From a virus (taxonomy: Duplodnaviria > Caudoviricetes), in the IMG/VR virus record IMGVR_UViG_2765235989_000002, positions 19,135-83,134 of that record: DNA of 64,000 nucleotides. One strand, given 5' to 3'. Numbering within the stretch: the first letter of the stretch is position 1; every line of letters starts with the position of its first letter. The notes under the pieces are model-generated. The model was not told the origin of the DNA, made no database searches, and saw only the letters and a list, made by a program, of their open reading frames with translations. Positions 8,426 to 18,600 of the stretch are shown piece after piece. The position numbers were made by a program, and so were the translations under genes.

Positions 8426-9748
8426 TCAGAGGGACTTCGGGACGCGGAGCTTGTCCCATGAGGTCTTGCCGGGGATGCCGTCGGCGCCGGCACCGGAGTA
8501 GCCGAGCTTGCGCTGCCACGCGGCGTAGCTGGCCTTGTCGGCGAGCGTCCAGTTCGGTCCGGGGCCGGACTTGTACTTGCCGCATCCCTCGGCGACCAGG
8601 CGGCGGCCCATCGCGGTGACGATCGCCGAGCTGCGGCCGGTGTGGAAGAAGGCCGCACCCGGGAACGGTTCGAACTGCGCGCTCGGCGTGCCGGGTGCGG
8701 CGGGAACCTTCAGTTTCTGCCCGACCGCGAGCTTGTTCGGGTCCTTGAGGCCGTTGAGGGCCACGAGCTTCGCCACAGTGGTCTTGTAGCGGGAGGCGAT
8801 CGTCGACAGGGTGTCGCCCTTCTTCACCGTGTACGTGCCGCTCGAGCTGGCCCCGCCTTCGGTCCCTGTGCTGCCGGTGGGCTTGCCGGGCACGATGCCC
8901 GTGTCGATCGCGCCCGGGTCCCAGTGGTCGTTGCCGGGTACCTGGGCGTGCGCGTAGTGGCCGCCCTTCGACTGCCACGTCGTTCGGGACCGGGACCCGG
9001 ATGCGGCCAGCGCAGCGGTCGCCGGGGGCTTCCCGGCCGGCCACACGTCGGGGATACCGTGCGCGCGCATCGCCGCCAGCAGGGCCCGGAAGTTCGGCTT
9101 GGCCGACGGGTCGAACCCCTTGGTCCACGGGGAGGCGGCGCGGCCGAGGACTTCGACCTGGATGTTGACGCGGCCCTCGCGGTTCGTGCGGCGGGCACCG
9201 TCGTTCTTGAGCGCCCGGGCGGACTGGGTGAGCGGGCCGAACTGGCCGATCCGGTCCGTGACCGGGTCGTAGATGACCTGCGGCTCGGCACCGACCCGTA
9301 TCAGGTAGGCGGCGATGGAGGTGAAGTAGTTGCCGCCGGCCGGGGACTCGGTGGTGTGCCAGGTGGCGCGCGGCGGGTTGCCGGGGGTGTCCATGGCGCC
9401 GCCGATGGACTGCCCGCCGAAGCGGGTGGCGCCGGAGATGTAGGCGGGCCCGGCCGTACCGCGCGGCAGGTCCTCGGGCCCGGGTTCCGCTGTTGCCAGG
9501 CCTGGCTTGTGGATCTGGTCGTCGGGTGCGTCGACCGGCACGTACACGTCCAGGTCGCCGTCGTCGCGGAGCACCATGAAGGCACCGGCCTGGCGGGGAT
9601 GCTCCTTGACGTGCCGGGGCGTCGCCTCAAGAGCGGCAATAGCGCGGACCTCGTCGGTGTGGGCCTGGTTGACGGTGCCGTAGTAGGTGCTGGTGGTCTT
9701 GAGGGTGTCGGGGTCTATGTGGTCGACGGCGACGTGGTAGCTGGTCAC
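8426..9748 (-). CDS. Endolysin: N-acetylmuramoyl-L-alanine amidase + LysM + C-terminal peptidoglycan-binding domain
   Basis: [26 protein letters not shown]; Lys[14 protein letters not shown]; [21 protein letters not shown]. Confidence 0.9.
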   Translation of the reverse strand: MTSYHVAVDHIDPDTLKTTSTYYGTVNQAHTDEVRAIAALEATPRHVKEHPRQAGAFMVLRDDGDLDVYVPVDAPDDQIHKPGLATAEPGPEDLPRGTAGPAYISGATRFGGQSIGGAMDTPGNPPRATWHTTESPAGGNYFTSIAAYLIRVGAEPQVIYDPVTDRIGQFGPLTQSARALKNDGARRTNREGRVNIQVEVLGRAASPWTKGFDPSAKPNFRALLAAMRAHGIPDVWPAGKPPATAALAASGSRSRTTWQSKGGHYAHAQVPGNDHWDPGAIDTGIVPGKPTGSTGTEGGASSSGTYTVKKGDTLSTIASRYKTTVAKLVALNGLKDPNKLAVGQKLKVPAAPGTPSAQFEPFPGAAFFHTGRSSAIVTAMGRRLVAEGCGKYKSGPGPNWTLADKASYAAWQRKLGYSGAGADGIPGKTSWDKLRVPKSL

Positions 9749-10569
9749 AGGGTCACTCCGTCTCGGCGGGGCTGGATAAGGTCGATCTGTGTACGGATGG
9801 CTTGGTAGGTGGCCAGGCGCATGCGACCGTCGCCGTGGTCGCCCCAGCTGGTGCCCCACGAGTTCCTGAACCGGATGACGGTGTAGTCGGGGAGCAGCGT
9901 GCCGTCGTCCATGGCGACCGTTTCGAGGGCGGTGACGCACACCTCGTGGCCGCCCTCGAGTGGGGACGACGTCCAGTTCGGATCGTCGTCGAGGAAGCCG
10001 TCCGGGCCGGTCTGGGTGAAGGCTGAATGCCAGGGCATGCCCATGAGGACGGGGCCGGTCTGGAGGAGCATGCAGAGTTCCTGCGCTGTGGTGGCGTGCC
10101 CGTACTGGTCGATGAGGCCGCGGTCGCGTAGGGCTTTGGCGACACCGAGCCCGGAGGAACCGGTGTCCTGGGTAGGCCAGACGGCGTCCGTCCACTGATC
10201 GTGGGCGGTTGCGTCGGCGTAGAGGCCGATCGCGAAGTGCTCGGCGGCCGCGGTGTCGTCGGTGTCCAGTCCGACCGCGCGCGCCTGGGCCTTGGGCAGC
10301 AGGATCGACAGGAGTGTGGTGGCGGCGTTGCCGGTGCACGAGGAGAGGGCGTCCAGGTCGTCGTCCAGTCCGTACTGCACGGATGTACGGATGCCCTGCG
10401 TGACGAGGTTGCGCTGGTCAAGGACGGGGAGGCGGGGTTCCCACTCGGTGGCGCGCAGCGGCTGCCCATCGTAGGGGCGGCGGTAGGCGAGACTGCGCGG
10501 GTCCAGCACCTGATGACGCCCGAGGTGGTCGGGCGTGTTGTAGGTGCGCACTGTGAGGTTGGTGGGCAT
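9745..10569 (-). CDS. Papain-like (C1) cysteine peptidase
   Basis: VLDQ...[25 protein letters not shown]. Confidence 0.85.
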   Translation of the reverse strand: MPTNLTVRTYNTPDHLGRHQVLDPRSLAYRRPYDGQPLRATEWEPRLPVLDQRNLVTQGIRTSVQYGLDDDLDALSSCTGNAATTLLSILLPKAQARAVGLDTDDTAAAEHFAIGLYADATAHDQWTDAVWPTQDTGSSGLGVAKALRDRGLIDQYGHATTAQELCMLLQTGPVLMGMPWHSAFTQTGPDGFLDDDPNWTSSPLEGGHEVCVTALETVAMDDGTLLPDYTVIRFRNSWGTSWGDHGDGRMRLATYQAIRTQIDLIQPRRDGVTL

Positions 10570-10717
10570 TCGCCCGTGCTCCTGCACTCCCCGCGCAGAG
10601 CTGGTGACGGTTCGTCTGCTCCGGCCTAGCCGGCGGCAGTCCCTCGGGGGTGGTGCGGGGCGGAGGGTCGCCCTCGTGGTTCAGCGTACGGGCGTGCAGG
10701 CCAGAGGTTGCCTCTGG

Positions 10718-11074
10718 TCAGCTCATCTCCGGCTGAGGGTCGAGGAGGACCGCAGACAGGATGGTGGTGTCCCTTCCGCATGCTGCGTCGAATACGCGCA
10801 CGATGCCGGCGTTGGAGTACACCAGGCCGATTTCGCCGACGATGTTCAGGTTGGGGCAGCCGGCGGTGCGGCATGTCCAGGTGACGGAGTACCACTTGGC
10901 GGGCTGGAACACGATGGGGTTGTCCGGCAGGTCGGGTGCTTCGGGTGGCGGGGTGGGCTCAGGCTCGGGTTCCGGTGTCGGCTCGGGGTCTGGAATCGGG
11001 TCCGGCTCGACTGGATCGTCCCCCTCCGGCTGGGGCGCGTCTGAGATGTTCTCCTCAACGGGTTCGGTGCTCAT
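10718..11074 (-). CDS. Small tail-associated protein with PE repeats and Cys motifs
   Basis: ATGA overlap with the tail fibre gene; TCRTAGCPN...AACG. Confidence 0.7.
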   Translation of the reverse strand: MSTEPVEENISDAPQPEGDDPVEPDPIPDPEPTPEPEPEPTPPPEAPDLPDNPIVFQPAKWYSVTWTCRTAGCPNLNIVGEIGLVYSNAGIVRVFDAACGRDTTILSAVLLDPQPEMS

Positions 11075-12660
11075 GCGGACATCACGATCCAATCGATTCC
11101 GGTTGCGACGATGTTGGTGCGGGTGAGCCAGAGGGTCATGCTGGTGGCAGTCACGTTGGTGCATCCGACGCCGGTCACGTTGGTTCCAGGGGCGGACGTG
11201 TTCGCCGTGGCGACGGCCCTGAACGTGCTGCCGGCCAGGCTGAATCCGGTGACGGTGATCGACGTGGGGGTGTTGACGGCGGACGGGGTGATTGTGCTGT
11301 GGCCGGAGGCGATGTTTCCGGCGGTGAGCATGCCGTTCACATCGACGTTGCCGGCCTTGTCCATGGTGAATCGGTAGCGTCCCGCGTCGGGGTCCCAGTA
11401 GCGCATCACGTAGCCGGTGTGGCTGGGGCCAGGCTGAATAAACAGGACGGTGTTGGCGTCGCCGACGTTGGGCTGGATGGTGACCTTCGCGCGAGTCTTC
11501 GCGAGACCTGGCGTCATGACGACGTCAGCGGGCTGCGTCGTTCCTGTGGCGTCGGCGTATCCGAAGGAGGCGGTGGTGTCGTTCAGGTAGATGCGTCCTC
11601 CGACGTAGGTGGACGAGCTGGAGTTCCGGAGCCGTTCGGCGGCCCAGAAGTCCTCGCCGAAAAACGTCCGCCAGCGCATGTCTGTGAAGCCGCTGCCGGT
11701 GAAGGTGCCGCTGAACAGTCCCAGGTTCGCGGACCCGGGGGTGTTGGCGACGACGTTGACGAGGGCGCTGTTCGTACCATCCGTGCTGGACAAGCGCAAG
11801 TTCGGGTAGGCGCTGTTCGGGTCGAGGGTGAGGGTGCCGCCTCCGGTGCCGGTGAGTTTCAGGCCGGCTGCGTCCATGGATGCGATCTCGCGTGTCGCGT
11901 CGTACACCTTGACGGAGTTGGAGCCGGACTCGTTGATGGCGACGCGCTGCCCGGACGCGGCGGTGCGCATCACGGATCCGGTGATGGTGCCGCCCGTGAT
12001 GGTTTTGCCGGTGATGGCGTCTGCTTTCAGGGCGGTCGCATCCACGCTTCCTGCGGCGAGCAGCGCTGTGGTGATCGCGTTCGCGTACACCTTGGGGGTG
12101 GTGATGGCGCCGTCCGCGATGAGGGTTTCGGTGATCTCGCCGATGCCGATGTCGCCCGCGACCGGGCGCGGCGCGTACGGTCCCGCCGCGGTGGTGGGGG
12201 CGGATGCGGTGCCGGAGGTGTTGCGGGCGAGGAGTCGTACGTACAGGGGGCCGGTGGCCGGGATGTAGATGATGCCGCCCTGCGGGGTTTCGATCGTCGC
12301 CTGGAGGGTTTCCGGGCTCGGCGTGAAGTCGGCGGCCGGGTCGGTGTGGACTTCGACCCGGGCCCAGTCCAGGGGGATGACCGCGCCGTCGGCGAAGGTG
12401 CCGTCCCAGGCGGCGGCGATCCCTCCGAGGGCCGGGCCGGCCGTGGGCGTGGCGGGGACCGGGGGCGGGGCGCCGTTGACGATGTTCACTGCGGTGGTGC
12501 CGTCGCCCTGCTGCCCGACGATGGCCCGCAGACCGCCGGTGCCGTCGCGGACTTCGATCGCAGCGTCTTCGATGCTCGCGCCGTGCGCGAGCCGTTGCCC
12601 CTTCTTGATCTGCGCGACTTCCCGGCGCAGACGGGCGACTTCTTCAGCGAGTGAGGGCAT
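11071..12660 (-). CDS. Minor tail / tail fibre (receptor-binding) protein
   Basis: WDGTFADG Fn3-like segment, ITTPKVYANAITT / ITGKTITGGTITG repeats; position in the tail module. Confidence 0.8.
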   Translation of the reverse strand: MPSLAEEVARLRREVAQIKKGQRLAHGASIEDAAIEVRDGTGGLRAIVGQQGDGTTAVNIVNGAPPPVPATPTAGPALGGIAAAWDGTFADGAVIPLDWARVEVHTDPAADFTPSPETLQATIETPQGGIIYIPATGPLYVRLLARNTSGTASAPTTAAGPYAPRPVAGDIGIGEITETLIADGAITTPKVYANAITTALLAAGSVDATALKADAITGKTITGGTITGSVMRTAASGQRVAINESGSNSVKVYDATREIASMDAAGLKLTGTGGGTLTLDPNSAYPNLRLSSTDGTNSALVNVVANTPGSANLGLFSGTFTGSGFTDMRWRTFFGEDFWAAERLRNSSSSTYVGGRIYLNDTTASFGYADATGTTQPADVVMTPGLAKTRAKVTIQPNVGDANTVLFIQPGPSHTGYVMRYWDPDAGRYRFTMDKAGNVDVNGMLTAGNIASGHSTITPSAVNTPTSITVTGFSLAGSTFRAVATANTSAPGTNVTGVGCTNVTATSMTLWLTRTNIVATGIDWIVMSA

Positions 12661-13760
12661 CAGAGGTTCTCCGGGGGGCCGTAGTGGAAGGAGTCGGCGC
12701 GGGCGAGGGTCAAGGTGGCCTGGTCGTCGGCGTCTCCGGGCTTGTACGAGTCGGCGGTGATGCGGGCCCAGCCCGACCAGGAGATCCAGTCGTTGTGGAC
12801 GGCCACCTGCACGTCGTCGCCGATCTGCCACGAGCCGAGGGGCGCGTTGGGGTGGTCTCGTACGGTGATCTGCTGGACGTCGCCCATGATCTGGCGGCGT
12901 TTGCGTTCGGCGGCGGCGCGGCGGCCGAGGGTGTCGTTGCCGTTGACGGTGGGCAGGGCGAGGACGCTCTCGAGGCGGAGGCGGCCGTCTCGGACGGGGT
13001 CGACGGCGAAGCGGGTTGCGGTGCCTTCGCCGGAGCCGGTGGCGATGACGACGTTGGCGTAGTCGTCTGCCGAGTAGGTGACGGGCGGCGCTTGGACGAT
13101 GTTGACGCCGCTGCGGAAGGTGATGTCGGTGCGGCGGGCCCCGAGCCGCGGGTAGCCGAGGACGATACGGCGCCGGACGGTGCCGTTCGACTGGTAGGTG
13201 CAGCTGTTCGTGTACTGGGGGGCGCCGTCCTCGGACACGATGTCGTCGACCATCTCGCCGAGGACGGGGGTCTCGTACCAGTAGGAGCGCCACGGTTCTT
13301 CCGGGGTGCCAGCTTTCGCGCTGGAGGTAGTCGTGTCGACGGTGACGCCGAGGGTTCCGTCGGGCTGTTCCTGGGCGTAGGCCCAGATGTCGCGGATGAT
13401 CTGGCAGGGGTCGCCGTAGGTGTAGGGGCCGCGGCCGTTGAGGTTGCCGTGGATGTCGTGCCGTTTGGTCAGGTAGGACGACCAGCCGGCGGCCTCGATC
13501 CGATACCGGGTGTCCTCGGGGGAGGTGACCCAGATCAGGCCGCCCCAGCGGAGGTAGCCGTCTGCTTCGACGTAGATGAGGGTGCGGCCGGGGTCGAGGA
13601 CGTTGATGTTCGCGGTGGCCCAGCGGGGGGCGAGCGTGCCGGTCATACTGCCGGGGCCGTTCAACTCGCGGCCGAACTCAACGTCGGAAAGGGGCAGCGC
13701 CGGGTGAAGGAGTTCGCCGGTGAGGGCGTGCTGCGTCCAGTACCGCCAGCGCGCGGCCAT
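12660..13760 (-). CDS. Minor tail protein (hub, Gp37-like)
   Basis: RELNGPGSMTGTL, RWGGLIW, IGDDVQV motifs of actinophage minor tail proteins. Confidence 0.8.
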   Translation of the reverse strand: MAARWRYWTQHALTGELLHPALPLSDVEFGRELNGPGSMTGTLAPRWATANINVLDPGRTLIYVEADGYLRWGGLIWVTSPEDTRYRIEAAGWSSYLTKRHDIHGNLNGRGPYTYGDPCQIIRDIWAYAQEQPDGTLGVTVDTTTSSAKAGTPEEPWRSYWYETPVLGEMVDDIVSEDGAPQYTNSCTYQSNGTVRRRIVLGYPRLGARRTDITFRSGVNIVQAPPVTYSADDYANVVIATGSGEGTATRFAVDPVRDGRLRLESVLALPTVNGNDTLGRRAAAERKRRQIMGDVQQITVRDHPNAPLGSWQIGDDVQVAVHNDWISWSGWARITADSYKPGDADDQATLTLARADSFHYGPPENL

Positions 13761-14710
13761 CAGAGTCGGCCTTCGAGGAACTCGACGTCCACTTTGAATG
13801 TGGTGCTGCTGTCGACGCCGATCTTCCCGTTGTTCGAGGCCGCGGTCTTCATGCGGGCGACGATCGGCTGGTTCGTGCCGCGCATCACGGCTCCGGCGGT
13901 GGTGGTGAGGTCGATCGTTTCGACCATCTCGGTGTAGATGCGGCGCACGCCGGTGGACTGGTTGTCGTCGATGTTGACGCCCTGGGTGGCCTCGACGGTG
14001 CCGAGCATGAAGCGGAACCCGCCGAATACGTACCCGCCGTCGAGGCGGAGGTTCGTCACCCCGAACACGATCTTCGCTGTGGCGGCCCAGGACGGGATCG
14101 CGAGGGTCGCGAGGGTGGTGTTGGGGTGGGTGCGCCAGGTCTCGGAGGTGCCGCTGATCTCGACCAGGGACCCGGAGTAGTAGTAGGGGGTGAGGATGCG
14201 GTCCCGGCGGGGGTTCGCGATGGTCCGCAGGTCCTTGATGTACGCGTTGGTGATGGTGCCGGTGGAGGCGGGGATGTCGATCCGGCAGATGGGTACGGCC
14301 GAGTAGCCCGCCGGCACGGTCGTGGCCGTGGAGCTGACGTTCGGGATGACCTCCCAGAACACGATCGGGTCGACCGTCGGGTCGCGGTTGCCCTCGTAGG
14401 CGGGGTCTTCGACGCGGAGGACGACCATGTCGGAGCGGGCGGTCCCGCCGGTGGCGGCGATGTTCACCGTGTCGGAGCCGATGTTGTACGCCGCGTAGGT
14501 GCCCTGGAACGGGTTGACGCGGCCGGTGATGACGGCGGATCCGGCTGCGATCTGGATGCCGCCGCCAGGGGTCGGCAGGGCGGACGCTTTCAGGTCCGTG
14601 CCGGTGGTGACGCCCTGCTGGGCGCGCGCCAGGTCCTTGACGAGCATCCGGAACTGCTGCGCGGTGTGGGTGCCGCCGGTGGTGGCGATCGGGATCGGAT
14701 TCAGGGCCAC
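13760..14710 (-). CDS. Minor tail protein
   Basis: RSDMVVLRVEDP, ICRIDIPASTGTITNAYIKDLR. Confidence 0.8.
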   Translation of the reverse strand: MALNPIPIATTGGTHTAQQFRMLVKDLARAQQGVTTGTDLKASALPTPGGGIQIAAGSAVITGRVNPFQGTYAAYNIGSDTVNIAATGGTARSDMVVLRVEDPAYEGNRDPTVDPIVFWEVIPNVSSTATTVPAGYSAVPICRIDIPASTGTITNAYIKDLRTIANPRRDRILTPYYYSGSLVEISGTSETWRTHPNTTLATLAIPSWAATAKIVFGVTNLRLDGGYVFGGFRFMLGTVEATQGVNIDDNQSTGVRRIYTEMVETIDLTTTAGAVMRGTNQPIVARMKTAASNNGKIGVDSSTTFKVDVEFLEGRL

Positions 14711-14720
14711 GGCTGTCTCC

Positions 14721-15617
14721 TCAGAGGGCCTTGTAGGCCGGCCACCAGGTGACGGCCAGGGTGCTGGTCAGGGTGTTGTCCGTGGCCGTCCACTGGAGTT
14801 CGTTGAGTCCGGGCGCCAGTTGGAACAGGTCGATGCGGGAGGTTGCGGAGAGGGGGGCGCCGCCGCCGTTGTTGCGGAGGACGGTGCGCCAGCCCGGCCG
14901 GGTGTCGATCTCCACCCACTCCCCCGCGGTGAGCGTCGTCTGGACGGTCAGGGTGCGTCCGCTGGCCACGTGCGTGATCTTCGGGTTCGCGCACGGTCCC
15001 GCGATGCGGAGCACGGGCCAGGTGGGGGCCGTGCCCTCGACGTCGAGCCAGCCGGGCCGGCCGACCGACTCGGGGTTCCCGGCGATGACGAACGGGAACT
15101 GGAGCGGGAAGGTGATGCCGCCCTGGGTGACCGCGCCGAGCGGGATGCTCGTGGTGCCGGGGGTGTCGGCGTAGTACAGGTGGTCCTGGCCCTGGAACTC
15201 GATGTCCAGGGGGATCCAGCCGTGGATGGCCTTGGTGATGTCCGGCTCGAGCTTGCGGAGCCGTCCGCGTACCGTGCGGGCGGTGCGGCCGGGGTATTTC
15301 AGGCGCAGGTCCATGGTGGTGCCGCCCTGCCCTCGGACGGCCGGGGTGTCGGCCAGGTCCTGGAGCGCGGCCAGCACGTTCAGCGCGGTCGTGCGGTCGC
15401 CGGGGGTGCGGATCGCGGCGTCGATCCGGATGGTGCGTCCGCTGTAGCGGTCCGGGCCGAGCCACAGCCCGTCCTCCCCCGGCGGCTCCACGTCCGCGGT
15501 GCGCAGCGGCGGCTGGCCGAGCCCTTCGATCGCGGCGACGGTGACGGGGGTGCCGCGGCCGATGAGGATGTTGCCGAGCTGATGCTGGCCGTCCTCGAGC
15601 TGGATGGGTGTGGTCAT
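14721..15617 (-). CDS. Distal tail protein (Dit-like)
   Basis: Directly after tape measure; GPCANPKIT, VEIDTRPG, LAPGLNEL. Confidence 0.82.
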   Translation of the reverse strand: MTTPIQLEDGQHQLGNILIGRGTPVTVAAIEGLGQPPLRTADVEPPGEDGLWLGPDRYSGRTIRIDAAIRTPGDRTTALNVLAALQDLADTPAVRGQGGTTMDLRLKYPGRTARTVRGRLRKLEPDITKAIHGWIPLDIEFQGQDHLYYADTPGTTSIPLGAVTQGGITFPLQFPFVIAGNPESVGRPGWLDVEGTAPTWPVLRIAGPCANPKITHVASGRTLTVQTTLTAGEWVEIDTRPGWRTVLRNNGGGAPLSATSRIDLFQLAPGLNELQWTATDNTLTSTLAVTWWPAYKAL

Positions 15618-18600
15618 CGTGCTCGGGTTCCTCCTCGTGCGAGGCGCCGTAGCTGGTAGGCGTTGTCGGCGTCGATGCGTGCGGCGAGGTCCCGGTCGGT
15701 TCGGTCGGCCAGGTGCCAGTGCTGCTCGCCTACGAGGGGGCCCTGTTCGCGGATGATGACGATCCGTCCGCCGTCGGCGGCGCCGGCGGGGGTGAGGCCG
15801 ACGCCGAACCGGCCGGCGACGTCACGGAGGACGGCCGTGGCGCCGGCGCGCTTGTTCGGGCCGAGGGGGATGTACGCTTCGCCGCCGGTCGAGGGCTCGG
15901 CGAAGGTGAGCGCGCCGGCGCGGGTGGAGTAGAGCCCGGGCCGGATGCCGCCGTCCGCGTAGGAGAGGCCCTTGTTCGCGCGGGCCAGGTCGGTGAGGAA
16001 CTGGGTGGCGCGGGAGCCGAGCGCGGTTTTGATCTGGCCGGACGCTTTCGTGGCGGTGGCGATGATCTCGTCTTCTCCGAGGCCGGTGGTGTCGGCGACG
16101 GTGTGGATGCCGGTCTTGCTGGTCTTGATCGCGGCGATGATCGCAACGAGCTGCTGCACCTGCTCGGTAGTCAGGGAGTTGTTCGCGGTCTTCGCGGCGC
16201 TGTTCGCCGACGACGCCTTCTTGCCGTCCTTCACCGCGGCGGCGGCGAGCTCCATGGCCGCCTGGTCGCCCTGTGCGGCAAGCTGCTTGGCGAGGTCGCC
16301 GTACCCCTTCGCCGACAGGGTGATCAGGTTCTTCGCGAACGAGGCATCAGCGGTGTTCGCCTTGGACAGCTGGCGGGTGTAGTCCGTCAGCGACGCCTTC
16401 GCCGTGGCGGCGAGGCCGCGCAGCGCGGCCGCCATCTCGTTGAGGTACTTCGTGGACCCTCCTGCCATCTTCTTGGCGAGGGCGACCCCGTCCTTGCCCA
16501 TCGAGGCGAGGGCGTCGGCGACGTCTCCGCCGGCACGGTCCGCGACCTTCGCGAGGTCGGCGTTCCATGCCTGGGTGGCTTTGCTGTTGGCCTTGAGCTG
16601 GGTCTCGACGGTCTTCAGGTCGAAGTACTCGACGTCCTTGGTGGTGGTCTTGCCCTTCGACTTGACCTTGACCTTCTTGGTCTTGTGCCCGGCTTGCCCG
16701 GCGTCGGACGCGGAGTACAGGGAGCCGGTCTGCGGGTCGTAGCGCCAGTCCGTGACCGACCCGTCCGCGTTCCACTGGATGCGTGTGGGGTCGCCGCCGA
16801 GGCGCCGTACGGTCTCTTCGGCGATGGCGCGGGAGCGGGGCCGTTTGCCGGGGGCGAGGGGGATGTAGGACTCGCCGCCGGTCTCTTCCTCGGCCCAGAC
16901 GCGCCAGGCTCCGGCCGGGGCGATCTGTGCGACGTGGTTCTCGGGGCGGCGTGCGTTCATGCCGCCTGCGGCGTAGGCGGTGTAGATGTTGCCGTCGGCG
17001 TTCGCGCTGGCGCCGGAGAGCCACTGCTGGCCAGGCTGTTTCCCGGTGGACACGTACTTGGAGTAGGTGGTGATGGTGACGGTCTTGCTCCTGAGTCCTT
17101 CGATCGCGCGGCGCAGCGCGTCCACGCCGGCCCGCGCGCCGCCTGTGGGGGCGCTGATCGTGACGGTTTTGCCCTTGGTGGTGCGGATTTTGAAGCCGAG
17201 GGCTTCGAGCTGCTGGCGCGCTTCGGCGGTCGGGGCGCGCATGGTGAGGGTCTTGCCGTTGGTGGCCCGGAGTTTGGCCTGGATGGTCTCGAGTTCGCGG
17301 ATGGCTTCCGCGCTGGGGGCCTTGATGGGCAGGGTCTTGCCGTTGGTCTGTCCGAGCTTGCTGATCAGCGCGTCGAGTTCCGCGCGTGCGGCAGCGGTCG
17401 GGGCGGTGATCTTGTATTCGCGGGTGCCGGGGATCAGCTTGATCTGGTAGCCGATGTCCTCAAGTTCCTTCTTCGCGTCCGCGCCGAGAGCGTCGACCTT
17501 GATGGTCTTCTTGTCGGGGAACTGCTGGAACTCGGCCTGGACTGCGAGGAGCTCGGCGAGGGTGCTGTCGACGCCTTCGGTCTGGAGGAGGATCGACACC
17601 TGGCCGGGGATGAGGCCCATGGCGTCGGCGACGCCGGCCGCTTCCTTCTTGGACAGGCCGTAGCCCTCGGCCAGCTTCAGGGCAGAGGTCCGGGCGTCCT
17701 GCATTTCCTTGCGGGCGGCGGCGATCGAGTCGGGGACGCTCTTGCCCTGGGACTGGGCGAAGTCGTAGGCGGCGAGCGCGGCGGACGCGGAGCTGTCGGC
17801 GATGCTGTTGAGGGTATTGAACAGCTGCTGGCCGTTCTTCGTGGTCGTGTCGAGGGCGCCGCCGATCCCGATGAGCTGCTTGCCCCAGCCGTTGCTGCGG
17901 TCGATGCCTGCGGCCATCGCCTCGTTGGCCTGCGTGATGGCCTCGTTCACGCGGGCCTGCGCGGCCTGGAGGGAGACGCTGCCGCCGGACAGCAGGTCGA
18001 GTGCGTCCCGTAGCGCGCGGGTGCGGGAGTCGGCGTCGGCGGTCTTGTCGGCGAGCGCCGCGACCGCGTCCTTCAGCCGGTCGTACGCGGTCGTGCTGGC
18101 CGCGCCCTTAACGCCCTCGTTGAAGGACTTGGCGTCGGCGGCGGCCTTCTGGAAGTCGCCGCCGAGCCCGCCGAGGGCCTTGCGGAGGTCGTCGGCGGCC
18201 CGGCCCTGCACCGTGTACGCCTCGCTGGTCTGCCCGGTCTCCGGGTCCATGACGAGGGTCTTCTGCGCAGTCGCGGTCGCGGCGAGTTCCCGGCGGAGCT
18301 TGCTCAGGGAGCTGCCCTGATTGGTGTAGGCGTCCACGAGGGCGGACATGGGGACTTTCGCGGTGCGGGCGAGGTCGACCAAGCGCTGCTGCCCGTCGAG
18401 GGTCGTCTTGACCTTCTGCGCCATCAGGTTCTCGGCGGCGATTGCCCGGACGTTCTCGTCGACGGCGCCGTTGGATTCGCGGAGGGCCTGCGCGAGGTTG
18501 GAGATCTGCTGCTGATGCTCGGCGGCCGCTGCGGCGGCCTTCTGCTGCCGGGACGCGAGGAGACCAAGGCCGACGGTCGCTACGGTGAGGGCGACACCCC

